DNA of 64,000 nt, taken from contig CBDBHR010000030.1 of NCBI GenBank assembly GCA_965205865.1, positions 448,001 through 512,000 of the forward strand, written 5' to 3'. The stretch comes from a bacterium (GTDB lineage Bacteria; SAR324; NAC60-12). The position numbers and the translations under genes are program-made. Numbering within the stretch: position 1 is the stretch's first letter; each line of letters opens with the position of its first letter. Under the pieces are notes generated by a model that was not told the DNA's origin, made no database searches, and saw only the letters and a list, made by a program, of their open reading frames with translations. Positions 50,305-60,526 of the stretch are shown in pieces.

Positions 50305-50656
50305 GCGGGATTGCTCCTTTAATGTCCTGTTTTAAAAGAAATCTGTCAACGCAATCACGAGAATTTATTTCCAATTCAGCATCTTTATCAACTGACGCCA
50401 TCTCGCCTGCACTTGTCAGTGATCGGAATTGCTGATAAAAGTCAAGTCCAAGCAGTCTTATAAATTCACTCATTTCGATATTTTGTAATTATAACCGATG
50501 CAATACGCCATCGCAAGCAGGACCCTTGGAAAGCATGAGTTCGGAGTGTGACCGTTCCTTGACTCAGCACAATAGCTCATTTCCAAGATTGAGACGTATG
50601 CCAAATGACTCTCAATCTTCGAACCCCCTATTCTTCTCATCACTTTCATACCGATA

Positions 50657-51703
50657 ATGACGATTCTGGTAAGATATATTGCTCAAGAATTTACCAAATT
50701 CTTTTTTTTATTCCTTTTTGGCTTTGTGGCGATAATCCTGATTGGAAACTTTTTCAGCCGCCTTGGACAGCTGTTTTCCGGCATGGAGCAGTTTTATCTT
50801 TTTATCCAGGAGATTTTCCTCTCGCTACCTGATTTGCTGGAACTGATCTTTCCAATCACGATTTTGCTCGCCACCATAACCACCTTTAATTTGTTGAACC
50901 GTACTTCTGAAATCACGGCAATGCGAATGGCCGGGATGGGCTTTTTCCAGCTTGCTTCCCCCATTCTCGGAATTTCTCTGCTCATTGCCCTGTTCAGTTA
51001 CTTTAACCAGAACTACTTTTACAACTGGTTGGCGAAACAATATCCTCCCGTGCAAACAAATCAATCTTTACCCCCTCTATGGAAAATAAAAAACGACCGC
51101 ATCTTCTACTTTGGAGTCCGTCAATTCGATGAGGTTATTGAGAAAATCGCTATTTTTCGCTGGAGTACGTCGCCCTATCGGGTTTCTGAGCATACCACAA
51201 TCGAAGTAGGAGAAATAAAAGAAGATTCATGGCATCTGAAAAACGTGAATCAACGACAATTCCTCTCCGAACAAATTCGCTTCCTGCAACAATCGGAATG
51301 GGTCGCTCCCGTCCGGGATTTTCCGGTAGTTTCCTTCAAACAACCGCTTGACCCCCACCATCTTCCACTTTGGTCTCTTTATCAACTCGGCGTCCGTCTC
51401 CAAGAAGAAAGGCAGGATGCGACTCGACATAGGGTGGAATTTCACCAAAAACTGGCATATCCTTTCACTCTCGTGATCATGGTACTGTTGGGATTGGCCC
51501 TTTCTCTCACCCACTCCAGACAAGGTAAGGCCGCGGAAGGAGTGGTCCTCAGCTGTCTGTTTGGAATTTTATTTTGGATCACCAATCAAATATTCCTCAC
51601 AATCGGCAATGCAGGCGCTTTACCTCCACTCCTCGCCTCCTGGATCACGAATTTGCTCGCTTTTGTGTTGGTGTTGGGTCTGGTTCGATACTACCGTTCA
51701 TGA
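50657..51703 (+). CDS. LptF/LptG family LPS export permease
   Basis: ILVRYI, PITILLA, SEITAMR.AG, K.AYPF, G.LPPLLASW. Confidence 0.9.
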   Translation: MTILVRYIAQEFTKFFFLFLFGFVAIILIGNFFSRLGQLFSGMEQFYLFIQEIFLSLPDLLELIFPITILLATITTFNLLNRTSEITAMRMAGMGFFQLASPILGISLLIALFSYFNQNYFYNWLAKQYPPVQTNQSLPPLWKIKNDRIFYFGVRQFDEVIEKIAIFRWSTSPYRVSEHTTIEVGEIKEDSWHLKNVNQRQFLSEQIRFLQQSEWVAPVRDFPVVSFKQPLDPHHLPLWSLYQLGVRLQEERQDATRHRVEFHQKLAYPFTLVIMVLLGLALSLTHSRQGKAAEGVVLSCLFGILFWITNQIFLTIGNAGALPPLLASWITNLLAFVLVLGLVRYYRS

Positions 51704-51985
51704 AAACGCGCGCGTTGCTGGCCAAGTAGCGACTCAATACTTCTTGTTTCCCACAGGCTCTTCGAATACAATATCCTACTCTTTGAATAGGAAATTAAAT
51801 TTCAAATGAGAATCATTATTTAAATTTTCCGAATGGAAAGCATTACGACTCCAAATACCCTTATTTTCATGCTTCAAAACTATTGACATTTGAATATTAT
51901 TGGATTATTTTGAAGCAGAATATAGCACTGAAACACACCAATTTTCAGTCTTGCGCCATAAAAACCCTATTTGAGAGATAGGAAA

Positions 51986-53143
51986 ATGAAACTCAGCAAC
52001 GAAGAAATCAATCGATATAGCCGACACCTGACTTTGCCTGAAGTGGGCATGGAGGGGCAACTGAAGTTCAAAGCAGCCAAAATTCTTCTCATTGGTGCCG
52101 GAGGTTTAGGTTCTCCTCTAGGTATGTATTTAGGAGCGGCGGGTATTGGTAAATTGGGGATCGTGGATTTTGATGTGGTCGACAGTTCCAATCTCCAGCG
52201 TCAAATCGCCCACAGTGCTGCGGATGTAGGCAGGTCGAAAGTGGAGTCCATCAAGGACACTATTCTGGCAGGCAATCCCGAAATCGAGGTTGAAATCTAC
52301 GATACCCGCCTTACGCGCGAAAACGTGATGGAGATATTCGCAGAGTATGACATCGTTGTCGACGGTTCTGATAACTTTGAAACGCGCTATTTGGTCAATG
52401 ATGCCGCTTTTTTTGTTGAAAAACCGCTTGTCTACGGATCTATTTTTAAATTCCAAGGTCAGGTTACCGTCTTCAATCCACACCAGGGAGGTCCTTGCTA
52501 TCGATGCCTTTACTCGAGTCCGCCACCCGCCGCTTTGGTTCCCAGTTGAGCGGAAGCGGGAGTCCTGGGCGTGCTCCCGGGAACGGTTGGTTTGATACAG
52601 GCGACGGAAGCTCTCAAACTTATTTTGGAAATGGGAAACTCCTTGACAGGACGTTTGCTCCTCTTCGATTCCCTGAAAATGACTTTCAAGGAAGTCAAGA
52701 TTCATAAAGATCCTTTATGCGAACTGTGCGGCGAGCATCCTGCCATTACCGAGTTGATCGATTATGCCGCGTTTTGCGACATCCCAATGCCGACGAGCAG
52801 CATCGAAGACGATTTTAATGAAGAAGATTTTGTGATTGAAGCCCCGGAACTCGAAGAGATTCTGGATTCCGGAAAAGAGATTGTCTTGGTGGATGTGCGG
52901 GATCAAAACGAATGGGATATCTGTCATATTGACGGGGCCAAACTGATGCCGGTGGTAGAGTTTGACAAATACATCCCGGAACTCGATAAAGATGATGAAA
53001 TCTATTTGTACTGCTACAAGGGCAGCCGCTCCATGACTGCCTTGAAGCAGCTCCATGCGGATGGATTCGCCAAAATAAAAAGCTTGAGCGGAGGAATCGA
53101 TAGTTGGGCCGAATTGGTGGATCCCGGAATGCCCCGCTATTGA
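51986..53143 (+). CDS. moeB: MoeB/MoeZ: ThiF adenylyltransferase fused to rhodanese, with in-frame TGA (52547-52549) at the conserved Cys (probable Sec)
   Basis: ORFs 51971-52549 and 52571-53143 share one frame: RYSRH, GAGGLG, SNLQRQ, CYRC, VPS*AEAGVLGVLPG, C..C, rhodanese YCYKGSRS. Confidence 0.9.
52557..52579 (+). promoter_or_regulatory. Candidate bacterial SECIS hairpin
   Basis: CGGGAG(T) pairs with (G)CTCCCG, starting 8 nt after the UGA. Confidence 0.55.
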
Positions 53144-53278
53144 ATCACACAGGCTCCTTCAAATAATTTTTTCTCTCGGGGAGCCTCTTTCATTTTTTTC
53201 AACGGCTTCCTCTGATACGACCCTCCCCTCTGCCAAACAAGATATGTGATGCTCCATTTCCAACCAACGAGATTTTTC

Positions 53279-53392
53279 ATGCGAATCGAAGTAACCACCA
53301 CCCATCTCTCCATGACCTCCCCATCCCGGTTTCTTCCCAAATATTCAGAGGATGCGACTCTTGTGTTACAGAAAGTCGCAATCCCCAATCCA
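53279..53392 (+). pseudogene. N-terminal stub of a GNAT acetyltransferase-like gene
   Basis: MRIEVTTTHLSMTSPSRFLP...LQKVAIPNP resembles the 'VTT.YLEM..P' start of a GNAT subfamily; joined to the DUF262 ORF. Confidence 0.4.
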
Positions 53393-53404
53393 GGAGACAA
53401 CTAT

Positions 53405-55087
53405 ATGAGCGATTTTATGCTAATGGAACCTGCCAACCAGACTTTTTCCGAACTGTTAAGCAACGGGGTTAAATACACTGTACCGCGTTTCCAAAGGGAT
53501 TATTCGTGGGAACAGGAACGATGGGAAGATTTATGGGCGGATATCGAAGGTCTGGACCAGGAGGGGTTTCATTATATGGGCTATATCGTGTTGCAACGTA
53601 AAAATCAGCTGGATTTTGAAGTGATAGAAGGTCAACAACGCCTGGTTACACTTTCTTTGTTGATCTTAGCCACAATGCGACATATTCAGCGTTTAGTCGA
53701 CAACAATGAAGACGCTGGTAAAAATCAGGAACGATTGCAAGAAATTACGGCACGCTATATTGGTTCGAAAGATATCGTTTCATTGAGAGTGAGTAGCAGG
53801 CTGACGCTGAATCGCAATAATGGACGTTTTTACAAAGATATCTGTTCCAACCTGCGTCCACCCCAGAGCCGGGGCATTACGGCAACCAATCACCTTCTGA
53901 GGCGGGCATTCGAATTTTTCTGCGACAAAAACATGGGGAACAGTGGCGAGGAAATCGGTGAGTTCATCAATAAGTTTTCATCCAGGTTGATTTTTACAAA
54001 AATCGTGGTGCAAGACAGCCTGAATGCCTACAAGGTGTTTGATACGTTAAATGCCAGAGAAGTACAGCTTTCCACACCTGATTTGTTGAAAAACTATATT
54101 TTTTCGGTGGTCACTCAAAATGATGACGTTCCCGACGAAACGCTGGATGATCTCGATGAAACATGGTCAAGGATCTTAGCAGAACTGGGTGAAAACGATT
54201 TCACCGATTTTGTCCGTTACCAGCATAATTCACATAGACCTCTTGTAAGCAAGAAGGAGTTATTTAAATCAATCAGGCAGCTTTATACTACACCTGGGCA
54301 GGCTCATGACTATTTAAGATCACTAATAGAGGTGGCTCCCTTATATGCGTCTTTGTCCAACCCTTATGATGAGTGGTGGCGACGAGAAAACGGTAAATAT
54401 CGAGATGCCGTTCATTTCCTGGAAGGCTTGAAGCTGTTTGGTATACGACAACCCTATACGATATTGATGGCGGCATTTATGCGGAATTTCGCGCCTGACG
54501 AGTTTATCAAAACGCTGAAATATATTTATTTTTTATCTGTTCGTTACAACGTGATTTGTAGTTTTTCACCAAACGAACAGGAAAAGCGTTACAACAGCAT
54601 AGCCATGAAGATAGCCAATGGTGAATTTCAACGGGCCAGCCATATCAAGAACAGCCCTGATTACAAAGCGCTTTACCCTGCTGATGACGTATTCAAAAAT
54701 GCTTTCGAGTATTTCAAAATGCCGAGTCGACGCTCATCCAAAAAAATCCGTTTTTTGTTGGCTGATATCGAGAATAACGCGGGACGAAACGTGAGATATC
54801 TGGATACAACGCTCGAGCATGTTTGCCCTTATTATCCGAACCAGGACTGGCATCTGTATTTTGGAGAGGGTGCGAATGATATTGCCGACCGGTTAGGCAA
54901 TATGGTGTTGTTGGAACAGAATGATCTGAAACAGACTGATTTTGCCAGCAAGAAAGCGCATTATCTGAATACTCCTTTCAGGCTGGCCAAAAAAGTGACT
55001 GAATATGATCACTGGGACCTGGCAAACCTGAACCACTATCAATCCTGGCTTGCTGATCAGGCGGTAAGAACCTGGCGGGTGGATTAA
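53405..55087 (+). CDS. DUF262 + DUF1524 (HNH) protein, GmrSD-like
   Basis: VPRFQRDYSW, VIEGQQRL (DGQQR variant), FDTLNARE, DLLKN, TLEHVCP...LGNMVLL; SD GGAG before ATG 53405. Confidence 0.88.
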   Translation: MSDFMLMEPANQTFSELLSNGVKYTVPRFQRDYSWEQERWEDLWADIEGLDQEGFHYMGYIVLQRKNQLDFEVIEGQQRLVTLSLLILATMRHIQRLVDNNEDAGKNQERLQEITARYIGSKDIVSLRVSSRLTLNRNNGRFYKDICSNLRPPQSRGITATNHLLRRAFEFFCDKNMGNSGEEIGEFINKFSSRLIFTKIVVQDSLNAYKVFDTLNAREVQLSTPDLLKNYIFSVVTQNDDVPDETLDDLDETWSRILAELGENDFTDFVRYQHNSHRPLVSKKELFKSIRQLYTTPGQAHDYLRSLIEVAPLYASLSNPYDEWWRRENGKYRDAVHFLEGLKLFGIRQPYTILMAAFMRNFAPDEFIKTLKYIYFLSVRYNVICSFSPNEQEKRYNSIAMKIANGEFQRASHIKNSPDYKALYPADDVFKNAFEYFKMPSRRSSKKIRFLLADIENNAGRNVRYLDTTLEHVCPYYPNQDWHLYFGEGANDIADRLGNMVLLEQNDLKQTDFASKKAHYLNTPFRLAKKVTEYDHWDLANLNHYQSWLADQAVRTWRVD

Positions 55088-55669
55088 TGAGCATCACGTC
55101 CGAAAACACCTTCGAAACGGCCATTATTGAAAACCTGTCGGCTTCCGGAGGTTATCGCGAAGGCGATGCTGGCGCTTACAGTCCGGAACTGGGCATGTTC
55201 AAGAATGACCGCCTGCGCACAGGCTCAGTTGTATCGCTATATCGACCCGGCAGTAGATCGTTACAAAAACATTGAAGCGGAAGAAGAAAAAGAAGCGTTC
55301 AAAAAGAGTTTGCGTACCTGGACCAATCTGTATGCCTTTATGGCGCAGATCATGCCCTTTCAAGAAGTTGAATTCGAGAAATTTTATGCCTATACCAGGT
55401 TACTTCTGACCAAGTTGCCCAAACGCGACCTGGTGGAAAGCATGAAACTGACTGACGAATTGGCTTTGGAGTATTACCGCTTGCAAAAAATCAATGACGG
55501 TTCTATCGACCTGGTAACTGGCGAAAACGGCGAACTAGATGGTTTGACTGAGGCTGGCATCAAACGTGACAAGGAAGACAAAGCGACCTTATCGGAAATC
55601 ATCGAAATGTTGAATGACCGTTTCGGCACCGAATTCGTGGAAGCCGACCGAGCAATTTTTCCGCTGTGA
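55087..55669 (+). pseudogene. hsdR: Type I restriction enzyme R subunit remnant (N-terminus joined to a C-terminal segment)
   Basis: MSITSENTFETAIIE.L...GGY.EG....YSPELG start, then in another frame IDPAVDRY...YAF.AQI.PF...EKFY...LEYYRLQK...LSEIIE.LNDRFGT; helicase core absent. Confidence 0.8.
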
Positions 55670-55670
55670 T

Positions 55671-56054
55671 TCATGGACAAAGCGCAACCGCCTCGATTTC
55701 CACGTCCACGTCCCTGGGAAGGCGACCGGCTTGAATACACGTTCGGGCTGGTTTGCTCTCATTGAAGTATTCGCTGTAGATGGTATTGAGATCTCCAAAA
55801 TCCTCCATGTTTTTCAGAAAAATCGTCACCTTGACCACATCATTCAAGGAGGACCCTGCTGCTTCCAAAATGGCATTGATATTTTTCAGAACCAAATGGC
55901 ATTGTTCACTGAATGTTCCTGTATGCAGTTCTCTTGTTTCCGGGACAATGGGTACCTGTCCCGCCAAAAAAAGGAAACCATTGGCTTTTACGGCTTGAGA
56001 ATATGGTCCGGCCGGCTGCGGGGCTTTGTTGGTATTTACGATTTCTTTATTCAT
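55671..56054 (-). CDS. ridA: RidA/YjgF family enamine deaminase
   Basis: AP...GPYSQA, GQ.P, VVKVTIFL, N.IY..YF....PAR, LP.DV.VEIEA. Confidence 0.95.
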   Translation of the reverse strand: MNKEIVNTNKAPQPAGPYSQAVKANGFLFLAGQVPIVPETRELHTGTFSEQCHLVLKNINAILEAAGSSLNDVVKVTIFLKNMEDFGDLNTIYSEYFNESKPARTCIQAGRLPRDVDVEIEAVALCP

Positions 56055-56266
56055 CCTTTTTCCTTTCTATGGATTTCCAGATAAAATTTTTCTCAGAGGT
56101 GGGCGTATGTTATAAAAATATCCAGCGGATTGGTCACGCAAAAAAACTCTATTTCCTTGAGCATTTCATTTCCCTGTCATCAAAGATTTTGATTTGCAAA
56201 TTGACAAGTATACATATACGCATCAGACAGCTTCTCTAATCTTAATCCATCTGTAAGAAAACAGCG

Positions 56267-56797
56267 ATGTCTTTTGCAAAACTTTCTCCTTTCATCTCTG
56301 CAGAACAAATCCATACTCGTATCGAGGAATTGGCGCGGGAAATTTCCCATGACTACGCAAACACGGAATTGCACCTTGTCGGAGTCTTGAAAGGAGCGTT
56401 CATTTTTTTAGCCGACTTGACGCGGGCTATCAGTATTCCTTCCTACATCTACTTTATGCGTGCTTCCAGTTACGAAAAGCGACAAGGTTCCACGGGTATT
56501 GTCAAAATTCAGCATGATCTCGACATGGCCAATAAGCATGTGCTGGTCATCGAAGACATCCTTGATACGGGATTGACCCTCCACACCATCCTGCAGGAGT
56601 TGGAAAGTCAAAAACCTGCTTCATTGAAAGTATGCGCCCTGCTTGATAAACCAGAGAGACGGGAGACTGCCATCGAAGGAGACTACATAGGTTTCAGTAT
56701 TCCAAATGAATTCGTGGTCGGCTATGGTCTGGACTATGGGGAATTCTATCGAAACCTGCCCTACATTGCCAGAGTGGAAAATATGGGGCCTCTTTGA
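56267..56797 (+). CDS. hpt: Hypoxanthine phosphoribosyltransferase
   Basis: VLKGAFIFLADL, SSY, VLVIEDILDTGLTL, LLDKP, FVVGYGLDY...YRNLP. Confidence 0.97.
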   Translation: MSFAKLSPFISAEQIHTRIEELAREISHDYANTELHLVGVLKGAFIFLADLTRAISIPSYIYFMRASSYEKRQGSTGIVKIQHDLDMANKHVLVIEDILDTGLTLHTILQELESQKPASLKVCALLDKPERRETAIEGDYIGFSIPNEFVVGYGLDYGEFYRNLPYIARVENMGPL

Positions 56798-56984
56798 GAA
56801 ATCTCCGATTGCTCAAAAATAGCGGAATATTCTGCCAGCGCCAGTTTGATTCCTCACGTCTCCAACCGTCTCTACGGTTGCGGCGCGCGTGTTTTTTTGA
56901 ATAAATGCTCTCCAAGCAATCCTTGGAATTGCAATTGATTGCAATTGATTTCTTTATTTTTCCCGATCGTGTATATTTCTGGGC

Positions 56985-57013
56985 TTGACCTCCACTCCAG
57001 TGTAAGGTAGCAT
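56985..57013 (+). promoter_or_regulatory. Sigma70-type promoter of ilvC
   Basis: TTGACC-17 bp-TAGCAT, followed by SD AAGGAG. Confidence 0.5.
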
Positions 57014-57057
57014 GATACGCTTCAAACCATTATTTTGAGCAACAAGGAGCATTTTCC

Positions 57058-58107
57058 ATGAAAACTATCAGTATTGGTGGCCACCACGAAGTCATCGTCG
57101 AACGATCGGATTATCCGATCGAAAAATGTCATGAAATCCTCAAAGACGAAATCACCGCGATCTTGGGTTATGGTCCGCAAGGTCGGGGTCAGGGATTGAA
57201 TATGCGTGACCAGGGTTTTAAAGTGATTTTGGGAATCCGCAAAGGACGTAGTTGGGACAAGGCTTTAGCGGATGGATGGCGGGAAGGAGTGAACTTGTTT
57301 GAGATTGAAGAAGCCGCCAAACGTGGTACCATCATTCAATTTCTGCTCTCCGATGCCGGACAAATTGCTATTTGGCCTACCATCCGGAACTGTCTGGACA
57401 TGGGTAATGCCCTTTACTTTTCCCATGGTTTTGGGATAGTCTTTCACGAAGACACTCACATCATTCCTCCGGAACACGTCGACGTCATGCTGGTCGCCCC
57501 AAAGGGCAGCGGACTGACCGTGCGGACTCATTTTGAGGCGGGACGTGGTATCAATTCCTCCTGGGCTGTCCACCAGGATTATACGGGAAGGGCAAAAGAG
57601 CGTTGTATCGCTACTGCCTTTGCCATTGGTTCCGGGCACCTGTTTGAAACGAATTTCCGAGATGAAGTCCATAGTGATCTCACCGGAGAACGTTGCGTAT
57701 TGATGGGCTTGATTCAGGGAGCTTTTCTGGCTCAGTATGAAACCCTCCGGGAAAATGGGCACTCCCCTTCAGAAGCCTACAATGAGACCATCGAAGAAGC
57801 GCTGGAGAGTCTTTATCCGCTGGTCTCGGAAAAGGGAATGGACTGGATGTATTCCAATTGTTCGACAACCGCTCAACGCGGCGCCTTGGATTGGGCCCCC
57901 CGTTTTCGAGACGTACTCAAACCTGTGATCAATGAATGTTACCAGCGGGTTACCAGCGGTCTGGAGGCAAAAATCGCCATTGAATCAAATTCCCGGTCGG
58001 ACTACCGGGAGAAGTTGGAGAAAGAACTGGAAGCCGTCAACAACCAAGAAATGTGGCAAGCCGGAAGAATTCTGCGCGCCCTGCGTCCTGAAAACATGAT
58101 CCAATAA
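57058..58107 (+). CDS. ilvC: Ketol-acid reductoisomerase
   Basis: GYGPQG.GQGLN.RD, LLSDA.Q, FSHGF, VAPKGSG, SDLTGER, NCSTTAQRG. Confidence 0.95.
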   Translation: MKTISIGGHHEVIVERSDYPIEKCHEILKDEITAILGYGPQGRGQGLNMRDQGFKVILGIRKGRSWDKALADGWREGVNLFEIEEAAKRGTIIQFLLSDAGQIAIWPTIRNCLDMGNALYFSHGFGIVFHEDTHIIPPEHVDVMLVAPKGSGLTVRTHFEAGRGINSSWAVHQDYTGRAKERCIATAFAIGSGHLFETNFRDEVHSDLTGERCVLMGLIQGAFLAQYETLRENGHSPSEAYNETIEEALESLYPLVSEKGMDWMYSNCSTTAQRGALDWAPRFRDVLKPVINECYQRVTSGLEAKIAIESNSRSDYREKLEKELEAVNNQEMWQAGRILRALRPENMIQ

Positions 58108-58200
58108 CTAACTGGAACAACATCTTCTTCCGATCCCCTGGATCCGTTGCGAGAAATTCAAAGAGTTATGGTTTGCTCCTCTTCCCGAAAAAGAACGGCA

Positions 58201-58554
58201 ATGCACGGAACGAAATTAATAGGCGAGGGAAAATACTACGAATTACAAGTCTACCGGGGTGATGGAAATCTGGAACAGGAAGCGGTTCCCTTTTCGGGAA
58301 TCCTTCGGCAACATTATAATCCCAACATCTTGTTATTGATCAATAGCCCTTATTATTCTCGTCAACAAAGCATTGCTTTCGAAATCCGGGTGGATGATAT
58401 TCTTCATGTCGATGAGATGCCTGCTGAAATCGGACCTGATGGAGTGATGGTCGAATACGTCAAACTTTGGGTCAGAAAAGGGAGCACTATCGTGAAAATG
58501 GAACCCATGCGGGTCGGCGACAATGGCACAGTCGATCCCGCTGAAAAACCATAA
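58201..58554 (+). CDS. Conserved hypothetical protein
   Basis: Protein-like ORF (VPFSG..RQH...LL...P...FE....DI..V.E.P...LWV.KGS); start uncertain. Confidence 0.65.
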   Translation: MHGTKLIGEGKYYELQVYRGDGNLEQEAVPFSGILRQHYNPNILLLINSPYYSRQQSIAFEIRVDDILHVDEMPAEIGPDGVMVEYVKLWVRKGSTIVKMEPMRVGDNGTVDPAEKP

Positions 58555-58871
58555 AATCACTCTCCTTAAAAAAAATACTTGACAATTTCTTCAGCAATCA
58601 AGCATTATAATCACGCTTCTACAATTATCCTACCGTGTTGAAACTTGAAATATTTTCCAACTGAACCCACTAACTCTAATCTGAAAATTTCTGGCAAATT
58701 CATCCAGTATTTTGGTCAATCCTTGATCGATGAGCAGTTTCATAAGATATCCGTAGATTTCTGGCGAACTGCTCATTGAAAAAACAAATGGTATATTTGT
58801 TGAATCAATCTCATGCTTGAGTTTGATCCGCATTTCCTCGTATTTTTAAATAATCCAACCAAATCAAATAT

Positions 58872-60212
58872 ATGAAGAATCAAGCAACAGCCCGCCGTTA
58901 CAATAATTTTCGTTCTCAAAACAATTTGGATATTCACAGATCTCAAAACAATGATGTTCCCCATCTCAATTTAATAGAGTTGAAACGCAAAGAGATCGCA
59001 GAGTTGGTCAAAATTGCCCGGGAATACAATATTGAAAATGCCAGCAGCATGCGTCGACAGGAATTGATTTTCGGTCTTCTGCAGGCGCAAACCAAACAAA
59101 ATGGGGTGATTTACGGAGAAGGGGTTTTGGAAACCCTACCCGATGGCTTTGGCTTTCTCAGAGCTCCGGATTATAACTACCTCCCTGGCCCGGACGACAT
59201 TTATGTCTCTCCTTCGCAAATCCGGCGTTTCAATATGAGAACCGGAGATACGATTTCCGGTCAAATCCGTCCGCCCAAAGATAGCGAACGCTATTATGCC
59301 TTGTTGAAGGTGGAAAACCTGAATTTCGAGACCTCTGATATCTCCAAAGACAAAATTCTCTTTGACAATCTCACCCCTCTTTATCCTGAAGAACGTCTGA
59401 CCCTGGAATGTGGTAAAGAAGCACTGACGGCACGCTTGGTTGATTTGGTGGTCCCCATTGGAAAAGGACAACGCGGTCTCATCGTTGCCCCACCACGTAC
59501 TGGAAAAACCATGATTTTGCAAAATATCGCAAATAGTATTTCCAACAACTATCCTGAAGTCTATTTGATCGTCTTGCTGATTGATGAACGCCCCGAGGAG
59601 GTGACCGATATGGAGCGCTCCGTCAATGGGGAAGTGATCAGTTCTACTTTCGACGAGCCTGCCACCCGGCACGTGCAAGTTGCGGAGATGGTCATTGAGA
59701 AAGCGAAGCGCTTGGTGGAACATAAAAAAGACGTGGTAATATTACTCGATTCTCTCACCCGCCTGGCCCGCGCCTATAACTCGGTCGTCCCACCCAGCGG
59801 CAAAATTCTTTCGGGTGGTGTCGATTCCAATGCGCTGCAAAAACCCAAAAGATTTTTTGGGGCGGCTCGCAACATTGAAGAAGGTGGCTCCCTCACCATC
59901 ATCGCAACAGCCTTGGTTGACACCGGGAGCCGGATGGATGAAGTGATTTTTGAGGAGTTTAAAGGAACCGGCAATATGGAATTGCACTTGGACCGCAAGC
60001 TTGTTGAAAAAAGAATCTTTCCCGCCATGGATATCAACAAATCCGGTACTCGTAAAGAAGAACTACTCACCGTGAAAAATGATTTGGACCGCATTTGGGT
60101 GCTACGTAAAGTCCTCTCTCAACTCAGCGTAGTCGAATCCATGGAATTCATCCATGAAAAGCTGGTAAAATTTGATTCAAATGCCAAATTCTTAGACATG
60201 ATGGACAAATAG
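58872..60212 (+). CDS. rho: Transcription termination factor Rho
   Basis: [47 protein letters not shown]. Confidence 0.99.
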   Translation: MKNQATARRYNNFRSQNNLDIHRSQNNDVPHLNLIELKRKEIAELVKIAREYNIENASSMRRQELIFGLLQAQTKQNGVIYGEGVLETLPDGFGFLRAPDYNYLPGPDDIYVSPSQIRRFNMRTGDTISGQIRPPKDSERYYALLKVENLNFETSDISKDKILFDNLTPLYPEERLTLECGKEALTARLVDLVVPIGKGQRGLIVAPPRTGKTMILQNIANSISNNYPEVYLIVLLIDERPEEVTDMERSVNGEVISSTFDEPATRHVQVAEMVIEKAKRLVEHKKDVVILLDSLTRLARAYNSVVPPSGKILSGGVDSNALQKPKRFFGAARNIEEGGSLTIIATALVDTGSRMDEVIFEEFKGTGNMELHLDRKLVEKRIFPAMDINKSGTRKEELLTVKNDLDRIWVLRKVLSQLSVVESMEFIHEKLVKFDSNAKFLDMMDK

Positions 60213-60277
60213 AACAGTTCGTATTATCATTATTTTTTTAGTTCATCCTCCACTCTGGTTATTGAAAAAGCACACTA

Positions 60278-60486
60278 TGAAAAGCAAAATTCATCCTGAT
60301 TACAAACCGACCGTGTTTCGCTGCAGTTGCGGGAATGCATTGGAGACTTCTTCCAGTCTGGGGGGAGATCATCATATTGAAATCTGCTCCAAATGCCATC
60401 CTTTCTTCAGTGGCAAAGAGCGTACATTGATCGACACGGCAGGTCGTATTGAAAAATTCAATCGCCGCTACAAACGGGCTTCATAA
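60278..60486 (+). CDS. rpmE: 50S ribosomal protein L31 (Zn-binding, Cys-containing type)
   Basis: MKSKIHPDY, CSCG, CSKCHPFF, DTAGRIEKF. Confidence 0.96.
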
Positions 60487-60526
60487 AAAACGGCTGATCG
60501 TGAAAGTGTCCGCCTGAGAATGACGT

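Noticed and set aside
51971-53143. Two separate genes or a moeB pseudogene
   Set aside because: Same frame, single TGA exactly at the conserved Cys and no other lesions; recoding is the simpler explanation.
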